DNA of 35,949 bases, taken from a virus. Its lineage: Duplodnaviria; Caudoviricetes. The stretch is from the IMG/VR virus record IMGVR_UViG_3300020460_000030, positions 1 through 35,949 of that record; one strand, written 5' to 3'. The notes beneath the pieces are model-generated. The model saw only the letters and a program-made list of their open reading frames with translations. It was not told the DNA's origin and searched no databases. A program made the translations under genes and the position numbers. Shown piece after piece: positions 8,605 through 17,500 of this stretch; the first letter of the stretch is position 1, and each line of letters starts with the position of its first letter.

Positions 8605-8882
8605 TGAGTGCTAGAAAAGATAAAATAATAGGACGTGTAATTGAAAAAATACTTAAACGATCTGAAGCAGGATACAAAAAGTATGGTGTTGGATTAGATA
8701 AAGATGAACAAACACTTGATACATGGCTTAATCATTTACAAGAAGAATTAATGGATGCTGTTAATTATATTGAAAAAGCTAGGTCTGTATTACGTGATGA
8801 AATTGAAGAATGTTATATACGGGATAGTAAAAGTATAAGTCGTTATCCTGAATCTAATTACTGGACACAGGATGTTACATGA
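8604..8882 (+). CDS. conserved phage protein, possible all-alpha NTP-pyrophosphatase-like
   Basis: RS..G.KKYG...WL.HLQEELMDA.NY pattern with an EExxD acidic cluster. Confidence 0.5.
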   Translation: MSARKDKIIGRVIEKILKRSEAGYKKYGVGLDKDEQTLDTWLNHLQEELMDAVNYIEKARSVLRDEIEECYIRDSKSISRYPESNYWTQDVT

Positions 8883-9334
8883 AAAGAAAGTATAAAAAGA
8901 AAGGCCCAGTACAATCAAAAAAAATATCTTGTGATGGTATTAATTTTGCTTCCGGTCTTGAAAAATATACTTATTTAGCTTTAAAAAAAGCAAAGCTATT
9001 TGAAGGTTATGAAAATGAAGTATTCCAACTTATAGAAGGTTTTAACTTTAATAATATATCTTATGAAAAACAAGCAAATGGAAAAGGAGAATATGTTAAT
9101 AGAGGACAAAAAAAAATATTAGGTATAAAGTATACGCCTGATTTTGTTGGTAGAGATTATATAATAGAGTGTAAAGGAAGAGCCAACGAGTCTTTTCCTA
9201 TAAGATGGAAACTATTTAAATTATGGCTCACGAAAAAGAATATTGGAAAGACGCTTTACAAACCGCAAAATCAAAAAGAAGTAGACAAGACAATGAGTTT
9301 GATAAAGCAGCAGAGAAAAAAAAATCAAGGTTAA
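8879..9334 (+). CDS. T7 endonuclease I-like Holliday junction resolvase (PD-(D/E)xK)
   Basis: FASGLE, YTPDFV, IIECKG motifs. Confidence 0.8.
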   Translation: MKRKYKKKGPVQSKKISCDGINFASGLEKYTYLALKKAKLFEGYENEVFQLIEGFNFNNISYEKQANGKGEYVNRGQKKILGIKYTPDFVGRDYIIECKGRANESFPIRWKLFKLWLTKKNIGKTLYKPQNQKEVDKTMSLIKQQRKKNQG

Positions 9335-9456
9335 TGTACAATAGGCGGCTCTTACAAAAAGAAATTAAAGAGTTGCTTAAAAAGAAAGTTATAAAATATG
9401 GAGAAGTTGTTAGACTACATAGAAAATACGGAGTTCAGTCTACAGGAATATTATAA
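9334..9456 (+). CDS. small basic hypothetical protein (40 aa)
   Basis: TAATG coupling at 9332-9336, but overlaps the next ORF by 59 nt. Confidence 0.35.
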   Translation: MYNRRLLQKEIKELLKKKVIKYGEVVRLHRKYGVQSTGIL

Positions 9457-9526
9457 AGAAAGAATAAGTTGGCATATGAAAATGTTAAAATATTATTTAG
9501 ATGAGGAGCACAGGTTGGGAGCTTAG
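9398..9526 (+). CDS. small hypothetical protein (42 aa, MEKLLDYIENTEFSLQEYYKERISWHMKML...)
   Basis: Read by hand; A-rich start (aaaatATG). Confidence 0.45.
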   Translation: MEKLLDYIENTEFSLQEYYKERISWHMKMLKYYLDEEHRLGA

Positions 9527-9644
9527 TGCAGGATTATATCCTGGTGTTCTTATAGGTGTAAGAAGTTACCCAGAAGATAAATTTACAGAGCATGTATTTT
9601 ATTTACCGTTTGTAGAATTATGTTTAACAATACACTATGAATGA
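9501..9644 (+). CDS. small hypothetical protein (47 aa, MRSTGWELSAGLYPGVLIGVRSY...LPFVELCL)
   Basis: Read by hand; protein-like beta pattern; overlaps neighbours. Confidence 0.65.
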   Translation: MRSTGWELSAGLYPGVLIGVRSYPEDKFTEHVFYLPFVELCLTIHYE

Positions 9645-9798
9645 AGAAGCACTAGAGGAATACGTTAGGAAGCGTTATTCTAGAACATTTAAAAATAAAC
9701 CTGTTATTATAACAGAAGAAGAGAATTTTATTACAATTAAATATAATAAGGACGCAAGTCCAATAATACTTAGTAAAGATGTACTTACAATTATATGA
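9637..9798 (+). CDS. small hypothetical protein (53 aa, MNEEALEEYVRKRY...SPIILSK)
   Basis: Read by hand; fills the gap with short overlaps. Confidence 0.6.
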   Translation: MNEEALEEYVRKRYSRTFKNKPVIITEEENFITIKYNKDASPIILSKDVLTII

Positions 9799-9994
9799 TA
9801 TGTTATTAAAATCTGCAAAAGCAGATAAAGCAAAAGCAATGCTTAGCTTAGATTTGTTAAGCGAAAAAGCTGCGGGTATAGGAGATCATTCAACAGATGA
9901 TTTTTATAAAAACGCAGAGCAAGCACTACAAATGTTAGTTGATGCTGATGATAGAATTGAAGCATTAAAAATTTATTTTGATGAAAGAAAGTAA
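9779..9994 (+). CDS. hypothetical helical protein
   Basis: 71 aa, with a GIGDHST turn between two helices. Confidence 0.75.
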   Translation: MYLQLYDMLLKSAKADKAKAMLSLDLLSEKAAGIGDHSTDDFYKNAEQALQMLVDADDRIEALKIYFDERK

Positions 9995-10196
9995 ATTAAT
10001 AGAGATGCAACATAAGTTAGAAACTTTAGGTGCAGCAGTTAATAGGCTAGTTCAAGAACTAACACATTTAAAAGATTTAAGTATAGGAACAATGGAGTTA
10101 GTTAAAAAACTACCAGGATATAAAAAAGCTTTAGATAAACTAAAAGAAGATTTTAAGAAAAAAAATGAATCTATTCAAACAAAGGATACCGTATAA
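9981..10196 (+). CDS. hypothetical coiled-coil protein
   Basis: ORF overlapping neighbours; ATG at 9981. Confidence 0.7.
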   Translation: MKESKLIEMQHKLETLGAAVNRLVQELTHLKDLSIGTMELVKKLPGYKKALDKLKEDFKKKNESIQTKDTV

Positions 10197-11133
10197 ACCA
10201 TTTGAATATCCTGAATATTATACAGATGGTTGGCTAAAACAAGCACAAGCATTTTGGTTACATACAGAAATACCAATGCAAGGCGATGTTAAAGACTGGA
10301 ACGAAAAATTAACTAAATCTGAAAAAAATTTAGTAGGTAATATATTATTAGGTTTTGCACAAACAGAATGTGCAGTATCAGATTATTGGACACAAAAAGT
10401 TGTGGGGTGGTTTCCAAAACATGAAATACAACAAATGGCCATGATGTTTGGTTCGCAAGAAACAATACATGCTGTTGCATATTCTTATTTAAATGAAACG
10501 CTGGGTTTAGAAAACTTTGAGGCGTTTTTGCATGAGCCCGCTACAGCCGCAAGATTTGATAATTTAGTTAGCTACGAGGGCAAAGAGCCAGTTGGTATTG
10601 GTAAATCACTTGCTGTATTTTCTGCTTTTGCCGAGGGTGTTTCTTTATATTCTGCATTTGCAGTACTTTATTCTTTTCAGTTACGTAATTTACTTAAAGG
10701 TATTGGACAGCAAATGAAATGGAGCGTGAGAGATGAATCATTACATAGTAAGATGGGGTGCAAATTGTTTAGACATATGTGCCAAGAAATTAACGGATTA
10801 CAAAATGAATGTTATGAACACGTTATTAAAGCAGCAAAAACAATGCTACAAGCAGAAGAAAGATACATTGATAAAATGTTTGAACAAGGTGACATTGAAA
10901 ACCTCAAGTCTTACGACCTCAAACAGTTTATACGAAAACGTCTTAATGAAAAAATTGTTGAGCTCGGTTACAGCAACCAACGGGAGCACTTTGAATTTGA
11001 CGAAATCGCAGCGAGCAATCTTGACTGGTTCTACCATCTTACCGGGGGGCACACTCATACTGATTTTTTTGCTGTTAGGCCTACTGATTACTCGAAAGCT
11101 AATGAAGGTGAAGACTTTGAAGATATATGGTAA
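10165..11133 (+). CDS. nrdB: ribonucleotide reductase class I beta subunit
   Basis: KPFEYP, FWLHTE, ligands QTE / ETIH...Y / FAEG / RDESLH; C-terminal DFF..RPTDYSK. Confidence 0.95.
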   Translation: MNLFKQRIPYKPFEYPEYYTDGWLKQAQAFWLHTEIPMQGDVKDWNEKLTKSEKNLVGNILLGFAQTECAVSDYWTQKVVGWFPKHEIQQMAMMFGSQETIHAVAYSYLNETLGLENFEAFLHEPATAARFDNLVSYEGKEPVGIGKSLAVFSAFAEGVSLYSAFAVLYSFQLRNLLKGIGQQMKWSVRDESLHSKMGCKLFRHMCQEINGLQNECYEHVIKAAKTMLQAEERYIDKMFEQGDIENLKSYDLKQFIRKRLNEKIVELGYSNQREHFEFDEIAASNLDWFYHLTGGHTHTDFFAVRPTDYSKANEGEDFEDIW

Positions 11134-11282
11134 AAAAAGGATGGAGAATATGGGCAAAAGCTTTAGGTGAAAAGGCTGAAGAAAATGCTGATACTGTGGC
11201 TTTTGTAAGAACGTTATTAATTACGCAAGCAATAATAACAAATATTTTAATATCAATAAATATAATAATTAACTGGTTATGA
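11127..11282 (+). CDS. small membrane protein (51 aa, MVKKGWRIWAKALGEKA...TNILISINIIINWL)
   Basis: Read by hand; C-terminal hydrophobic helix; ATGA junction with the next gene. Confidence 0.7.
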   Translation: MVKKGWRIWAKALGEKAEENADTVAFVRTLLITQAIITNILISINIIINWL

Positions 11283-11599
11283 AGAAATTATTTTTAATTT
11301 TATTTAGTACAATTTCTTTTGCACAATCACCACAAATATACGGTTTATGGTATAATCAAGAAGGTGAATATGTTAAAATATTTCAAAATGATACATTTAA
11401 TAGATTTATTATAGATAAAAATACTAAAGAAACTATAAGTATATCAAAAGGAATTATAGAATATATAAATAAAGAATTAAGAATTGTAAGAAAAGATACA
11501 ACTGATACATATGATCTTTGCTATTATATAGGAAATGAAACTATGGTAATATGCAAGCCTCGATCGGTAAAGGCTTGGTTATGGTACAAAGTAGAATGA
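11279..11599 (+). CDS. putative exported beta-rich protein with signal peptide
   Basis: MKKLFLILFSTISFA|Q then IYGLW (lipocalin-like GxW start). Confidence 0.7.
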   Translation: MKKLFLILFSTISFAQSPQIYGLWYNQEGEYVKIFQNDTFNRFIIDKNTKETISISKGIIEYINKELRIVRKDTTDTYDLCYYIGNETMVICKPRSVKAWLWYKVE

Positions 11600-11946
11600 G
11601 AATATGTAACGTTTGTAATAAAGCTAAAAGTAATTTTTACTTTAAGCACGCGGGTAAAAAAACATGCTCTGTATGTGAATTTAGATTTAAAACGTCTTTT
11701 TTAAGATTTCTTGTTAAAGATAAAAAGCTAACTCCTAGAGAAAGATTATCAAATAGATTAGGTTACATGGGATCAGCATTTATAATGTTGTCACCATATC
11801 TTTTAAAATATGATAATATCGGAGCTATTACCTATATAATAGGTGGTATACTTTTAACACCACAAGTATGTTTAGCTAAACAATGGAATATAGTAATTCT
11901 TAATTTAAATATAATAATAGGATATTTAATATATATAATTAATTAA
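11596..11946 (+). CDS. Zn-finger plus about 3 transmembrane helices
   Basis: CNVC..CSVC followed by three hydrophobic segments; ATGA-coupled start at 11596. Confidence 0.65.
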   Translation: MRICNVCNKAKSNFYFKHAGKKTCSVCEFRFKTSFLRFLVKDKKLTPRERLSNRLGYMGSAFIMLSPYLLKYDNIGAITYIIGGILLTPQVCLAKQWNIVILNLNIIIGYLIYIIN

Positions 11947-11947
11947 T

Positions 11948-13702
11948 ATGTGGAATAACGACTGGAAAAAAGGGGAAGATTACCCAACATGGGGTGATAC
12001 AGATGTATATAAAAAAACAATAACAGGTGGTTATTTAATTAATGGTGAATCACCACGTGATGCCTATATGCGTGTAGCTAAGACTGTTGCTAGAAGATTA
12101 TATAAGCCTGAATTAGCAGATAAGTTTTTTGATTATATATGGAAAGGTTGGTTGTGTTTAGCTTCGCCTGTGCTATCTAATACAGGTTCGGATAGAGGAT
12201 TGCCTATAAGCTGTTTTGGAATTGATGTTGCAGATAGCATACAAGATATAGGTAATAAAAATTTAGAAATGATGTTACTTGCAAAACACGGTGGGGGTGT
12301 AGGTATCGGAGTTAATATGATTCGTCCCGCCGGCTCTAAAATTACAGGAAATGGAACTTCAGACGGTGTTGTCCCTTTTTGCAAAATATATGACTCAACT
12401 ATACTGGCGACCAATCAGGGTTCCGTTAGAAGAGGAGCTGCAAGCACTAATATCAATATTGAACACAATGACTTCCTCGAGTGGTTGGAAACTAGAGAAC
12501 CTAAAGGAGATGTCAACAGACAATCTCTTAACTTGCACCAGTGTGCTGTCGTTGGCGATAAGTTTATGCGAAGACTTGAATCAGGAGATCCTGAAGCAAG
12601 GCAAAAATGGTCAAAGCTTATCCAAAAGCGCAAAGCAACTGGCGAACCATACATCTTATTTAAAGGAAATACAAACAAATCTAATCCAGAAGCATATAAG
12701 AAAAATAGTTTAAAAGTACATATGACTAATATATGCAGTGAAATTGTATTGCATACAGATGAGTCACATTCTTTTGTTTGTTGTTTATCATCAGTTAATT
12801 TAGATAAATACGATGAATGGAAAAACACAAACCTAATTTATGATGCAACGTGGTTTTTAGATGGTGTATTAGAAGAGTTTATTCAAAGAGCAAAGAATAT
12901 GAAAGGGTTTGAAAACTCTGTGCGCAGTGCAGAAAAAGGCAGAGCTCTAGGTTTGGGAGTGTTAGGCTGGCATAGTTTATTACAAAAAAACGGAATTGCT
13001 TTTGAAAGTTTATTAGCACAATTTAAAACACGTGAAATATTTTCAAAAATACAAATAGAAACAGCTAGAGCATCAAGAGCTTTAGCAGAAATATATGGTG
13101 AGCCTTTATGGTGTGTTGGAACAGGTTTTAGAAATACACATTTAAGAGCTGTTGCTCCAACTGTGTCTAATAGTAAATTAGCAGGTAATTGTTCACCAGG
13201 TATTGAACCCTGGGCAGCTAATGTATTTACCGAACAATCTGCTAAAGGAACATTTATAAGAAAAAATTTAGAACTTAAAAAAGTACTTAGAAAAATTGGT
13301 ATCGATAATAAAGAAACTTGGGATAAAATTTTGGAAGATGGTGGATCCGTTCAAGGACTTAAACAACTTGATGGATGGTTTTACGATGGAAGAGGAAGAA
13401 TATATGAATCCAAAGAAAACGAAGACGCCGAAAAAGTAAAAGACGTTTTCAAAACATTTAAAGAAATTAATCAGCTAGAGCTTGTTAGACAAGCAGGTAT
13501 AAGGCAAGATTATATTGATCAGTCTGTTTCACTTAACTTAGCATTTCCTTCTGAGGCCACGCCTAGATGGATTAATCAAGTTCATATTGAAGCATGGAAG
13601 CGCGGAATAAAAACTCTATATTATATGAGGACTGAGTCCGTATTAAGAGGAGACATAGCAGCAGCAGCTATGGATCCGAATTGTTTAAGCTGCGATGGAT
13701 AA
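11948..13702 (+). CDS. nrdA: ribonucleotide reductase class I alpha subunit (short, no obvious ATP cone)
   Basis: SPVLSN, PISCF, GGGVG, NQGSVRRGA, TNICSEI, RALGLG, APT.S.S, DQSVSLN, KTLYY, C-terminal CLSCDG. Confidence 0.96.
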   Translation: MWNNDWKKGEDYPTWGDTDVYKKTITGGYLINGESPRDAYMRVAKTVARRLYKPELADKFFDYIWKGWLCLASPVLSNTGSDRGLPISCFGIDVADSIQDIGNKNLEMMLLAKHGGGVGIGVNMIRPAGSKITGNGTSDGVVPFCKIYDSTILATNQGSVRRGAASTNINIEHNDFLEWLETREPKGDVNRQSLNLHQCAVVGDKFMRRLESGDPEARQKWSKLIQKRKATGEPYILFKGNTNKSNPEAYKKNSLKVHMTNICSEIVLHTDESHSFVCCLSSVNLDKYDEWKNTNLIYDATWFLDGVLEEFIQRAKNMKGFENSVRSAEKGRALGLGVLGWHSLLQKNGIAFESLLAQFKTREIFSKIQIETARASRALAEIYGEPLWCVGTGFRNTHLRAVAPTVSNSKLAGNCSPGIEPWAANVFTEQSAKGTFIRKNLELKKVLRKIGIDNKETWDKILEDGGSVQGLKQLDGWFYDGRGRIYESKENEDAEKVKDVFKTFKEINQLELVRQAGIRQDYIDQSVSLNLAFPSEATPRWINQVHIEAWKRGIKTLYYMRTESVLRGDIAAAAMDPNCLSCDG

Positions 13703-13716
13703 CTTAAATTAATATT

Positions 13717-13917
13717 ATGGCAAAGCGATTTACATTTTCAGACGCTAAAGCAAAGATTAAAGAGTTAGAAGAAGAGTTAAAGAAAAAAGCAGGTGATGCT
13801 ATTCTTGACACTTCTGATAATGTATTCTCTGCTAAAGAACTTAAAAAAATTAGGTTTTTAGAAGCGTGGGCAATATTAGGGCCTATAGTAGGTATACTAA
13901 TAGGATTAATATTTTAA
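13717..13917 (+). CDS. small tail-anchored membrane protein
   Basis: Coiled-coil N-terminus; C-terminal TM WAILGPIVGILIGLIF. Confidence 0.75.
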   Translation: MAKRFTFSDAKAKIKELEEELKKKAGDAILDTSDNVFSAKELKKIRFLEAWAILGPIVGILIGLIF

Positions 13918-13953
13918 AAAACAAAGGGGCAATTAAAAGCCCCTTTTGTTTTT
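13916..13953. terminator. bidirectional intrinsic terminator between the convergent arms
   Basis: aaaaacaaaGGGGC-aattaaaa-GCCCCttttgttttt; T-tracts on both strands. Confidence 0.85.
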
Positions 13954-14562
13954 ATATGCTTTTCTCATTGCTCTTTGAGGTGTAGAGTCCTCTTCTATAC
14001 CGCTATTAAAGCTAGGTTTATCATTCATTAAAAATCTACTGAAATCACTATTATCTCTATTAAGGCTAAAAGATCCTAAATTAAATTTATTATCTAGTTC
14101 TAATTTATTTTCTGAATTTATAGCTTCGCGCGCTTGTTTAGCCGCCTCTGCCGTAGAGAGCATCATATTTTTAGATTCTTCTTGTGAATCTTTTGATTTC
14201 ATATACCCTGGAATATCTTTTGGGCCTTCGTAATCTTCACTTATTTTTTTTGCTTGCTCTCCTGTTGCAGCGCGAGAAGCAAAATCTCTTAAAAATTCTT
14301 TTCTTCTTTTTACCCTTTCTTTTCTTAAGTCTCTTGCTTTTTCAAAATCTCCACCAAATTTTCTAGCAGCAAGTCTAGCCATTCTTCTGTTTTCTCTTTC
14401 TTGCTTTATATTACTTCTATTATCCGCTATATTTTGGATATTAGTTAATAAATCTTGCTCTGATTTGTCAGAATCTCTAAATGCTTTTCTTGATTCTTTA
14501 TTTTTTTTTCTTAATTTTTTAATTTCATCAGAGGTTCCTAAAGATGATAATATTCTTCCCAT
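13933..14562 (-). CDS. hypothetical charged protein, last gene of the late arm
   Basis: 209 aa, K/R/E-rich, helical. Confidence 0.75.
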   Translation of the reverse strand: MGRILSSLGTSDEIKKLRKKNKESRKAFRDSDKSEQDLLTNIQNIADNRSNIKQERENRRMARLAARKFGGDFEKARDLRKERVKRRKEFLRDFASRAATGEQAKKISEDYEGPKDIPGYMKSKDSQEESKNMMLSTAEAAKQAREAINSENKLELDNKFNLGSFSLNRDNSDFSRFLMNDKPSFNSGIEEDSTPQRAMRKAYKNKRGF

Positions 14563-14580
14563 TATTTATTTATTTAAAAA

Positions 14581-17500
14581 TTAACTTACTTTTCTTTCTG
14601 CTTTATTTGCTGCGGCTTCCCAAGGTAATTTAGAATGACCTTCTGGAAATTTTTTGCCATTATAAACAACCTTCTTATCAGGTGTTCTTTTATATTGCTT
14701 TCCTTTATAAAAAATAAAATTATTATTATAATTTAGTATTCCATTTTTTATATCTTGTAAATGCTTTTTTTCATGAGCAATAACTTTTTTTCTTTTTTCT
14801 TTTGACAAACCAGGCTTTATCTGCATAGTGCCATCTTTATATGCTCTACCTAATACGCCCTCGGGTAATCCTTTTTGCAAAAGATCGTCTAGTTTAAATT
14901 CACCTTTTTTTCTTCTTTTTCTTTTAGGCTTTAAAAGTTTTTCAAATAAAGCATCATTTGCTTTTTTTAATTCTTTATCTAACTTCTCTGCTTCTCTTTC
15001 TTTTTCAATAAGACCAACATCCCATTTACTATAACCTAAAGCTAAAGCAATACTTTGCCACATTTCTGTATCACTATCAACAGAAGCTCTTAAGTTTTCA
15101 AACTTACGTAAAGCTCTGTCTAATGGTATATTAGCTGTAGCTGATAAAATCTGAGCGGCTGCCATATATGCTGGATTGTCTATAGATGTAGGGCCTAACT
15201 CTTTTATTTTTTCTCTATTTTGTTTATATTTGAACGCTCTACCTGCGGACATTAATTTACTTAGTTTAGAATCTATAGGAGGCGATAATGTTGTAATTTC
15301 CATTGCCGCTTTTTCAAAATCTTTTTTGCCTTTAGCTTGATCTATAACTTCTAATACAATATTTTTTGCGGCAGATACAGCAGCTCCCGCTATACCAGAT
15401 CCTCTAAGTAAAGTATCGGCTATTCCATTACCAATACGCCCAATAGCTTCTTTTTTCTTTTCGTCTTCGTCATCATCGGAAAACAACATTGCAAACATTG
15501 CACTTTGTAAAGCTGTGAAAATAACATTTTGAACGGCTCCATAATAAACTAGTTTAGATAAATTAGTTTTCCAATCACCTCTATTATTAATCAAATCTAA
15601 AGCAGCTTTTTTAGTCAACCTAGTATATTGCATAGGTGTATTAGCAAAAGCTAGTATAAGGCGCCCTAAAGGGCTTGCTTGTTGAAGCGATACTCTATCT
15701 GGTCGTGATGATTGTTGTGATTCTTCTGTTATCTCTTTAAAATCAAGAAATGCTTTTTCTTTAGCTTCCTTTTCATTAAGCCCTTGCTTTAAATATGTTT
15801 TAATTCTATTTCTATAAAACGATGCACCACCAAACGATATCGCAAAACTATCCGCCATTTGTGTAGGTAAAAATCCTTTTTTAAGTAAAGCTGAAAGCCC
15901 AGCCCTAAATTTATTTTCAGATGTTTCCGCTGTTCTAGCAATTTCATCTGCATTAACATCAGTTTTTAATCCTGATCTTCTTGATTTTAAAAAGTCAGAA
16001 TTAAATATTTCTGAAAAATCTGCCCAAAATTGTTTTTGATTTGCTGCTGTTGCTGCTATTCTTATTGGATTATTATCTGTAAAGTTTATATAATTTAAAG
16101 CAGAAAGCGTTTGAAGCAGTGCAGAACGGCTATTAAAAAACATTATAGTACCAACAGAATCATTAACCCAGTTTAAATATAAATTACTAAGCCTATTACC
16201 ACCAGTTGGTCTGTTCCTACCGGTTTTCATTCTATAAAGCATGTCTTCTAAAGCTTCAGTATATTTATCCCCGTATATGGCTTTTAGTTTATTTATGTTT
16301 TCTTTGCTATACACAATGTCCACATTATTTTGCCATTGCTCTAAATATTTTTTTCTTGAAACAGTATTAGTATAATTAACTAAATCAGTTGTTATAGTAC
16401 CTGCCAGCCAATCAGTACCTGTAGGGTCTGGGTAACCATCAGGTGTTAGCGATTGAATTTGATTTGCAAAATCTTTTAATTCTTTCTTAGATTTTACATA
16501 TTTATTTACAGCAGCAATTTCTTTTTGCTTAAGTCCTAAATCTTTAGCATTAACTCCTTGCTTAGACCACAAGTGTATTCTTATAGCATTTTCATTAGTA
16601 AAATTATTTATGCCTTCTTTACTTAATTTAGCGGGAGTATTTTTAATTTGTTTTTTTAAGTTTTCCCATGACTTTAATGAAACTTGTTTATCTATTTCAA
16701 AATCACGTATACCTCTGGCGTATGGTGTTATAATATTTTTTTTATACCATTCTAAATTTTTTTCACCTGTTTTACCTTTACCAAGAGTTGGATATATAAG
16801 GCCCATGTAATCTTCTGCGGAATAAGGTACAAAAAATTTAAAAGGATTATTTTTCTTACCTAATATGTTAGCTGTTGCTTCAGAAAATTTCTGTCTTGTT
16901 GGTACACCTTTAACTTGTTCTAATATTCTATTAAATTCAGTACTTAAAGATTTTTGTGCTACAGCTTTATCTTTATTACTTATAAATGGATTAGGATCTT
17001 TACCAAAATAATCAACTTTATTAGCTACATCTGGAATAACATTTACTCTTTCAACATAAGAATCCTCTTTAATATTAAACTCTTGTCTCATTTCATTTCT
17101 TCCATACTCATTATCTATAAGATCTGCATTTTCTTTAGATAAAAGCCCTTGCTTAAATTGTTTTTTAACATCAGGAAGTATTTCAGTAGCAAAATTAGGT
17201 TCGTTATTAAATATAGCTTTTGCTAATATTCTAGCAGCAAAAAGATTAGGAACAGCATGCTCCCAAACAGTTTCAATACTAGGGTCTTTTTTTAATTTAT
17301 TTATTAAATCTTTTTCTATATAAACAATTTCAGCCATTAATGAGTGTACGTGGTTTCTTTCTTGTACAGACCCAGCTAATAATTGTAAAAAAGAATTCCT
17401 ATGCTGCATATTTTTTCCCTCACTAAATAAGTCTGCTGCTTTATTCCAAAATGCAGTACCCATTTCATCATTTTTAGCATTGTAAATTCTAAAATCTTCA

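Noticed and set aside
9223-9333. Long start for ORF 9223-9456
   Set aside because: Nested in the resolvase gene; the TAATG-coupled ATG at 9334 is preferred
10846-12828. Antisense ORFs inside nrdB and nrdA
   Set aside because: Typical antisense shadows of conserved enzymes
13338-13439. 33-aa +1 ORF (MVDPFKDLNNLMDGF...PKKTKTPKK) over a variable loop of NrdA
   Set aside because: Short, no recognisable family and an unremarkable start context; cannot be distinguished from chance
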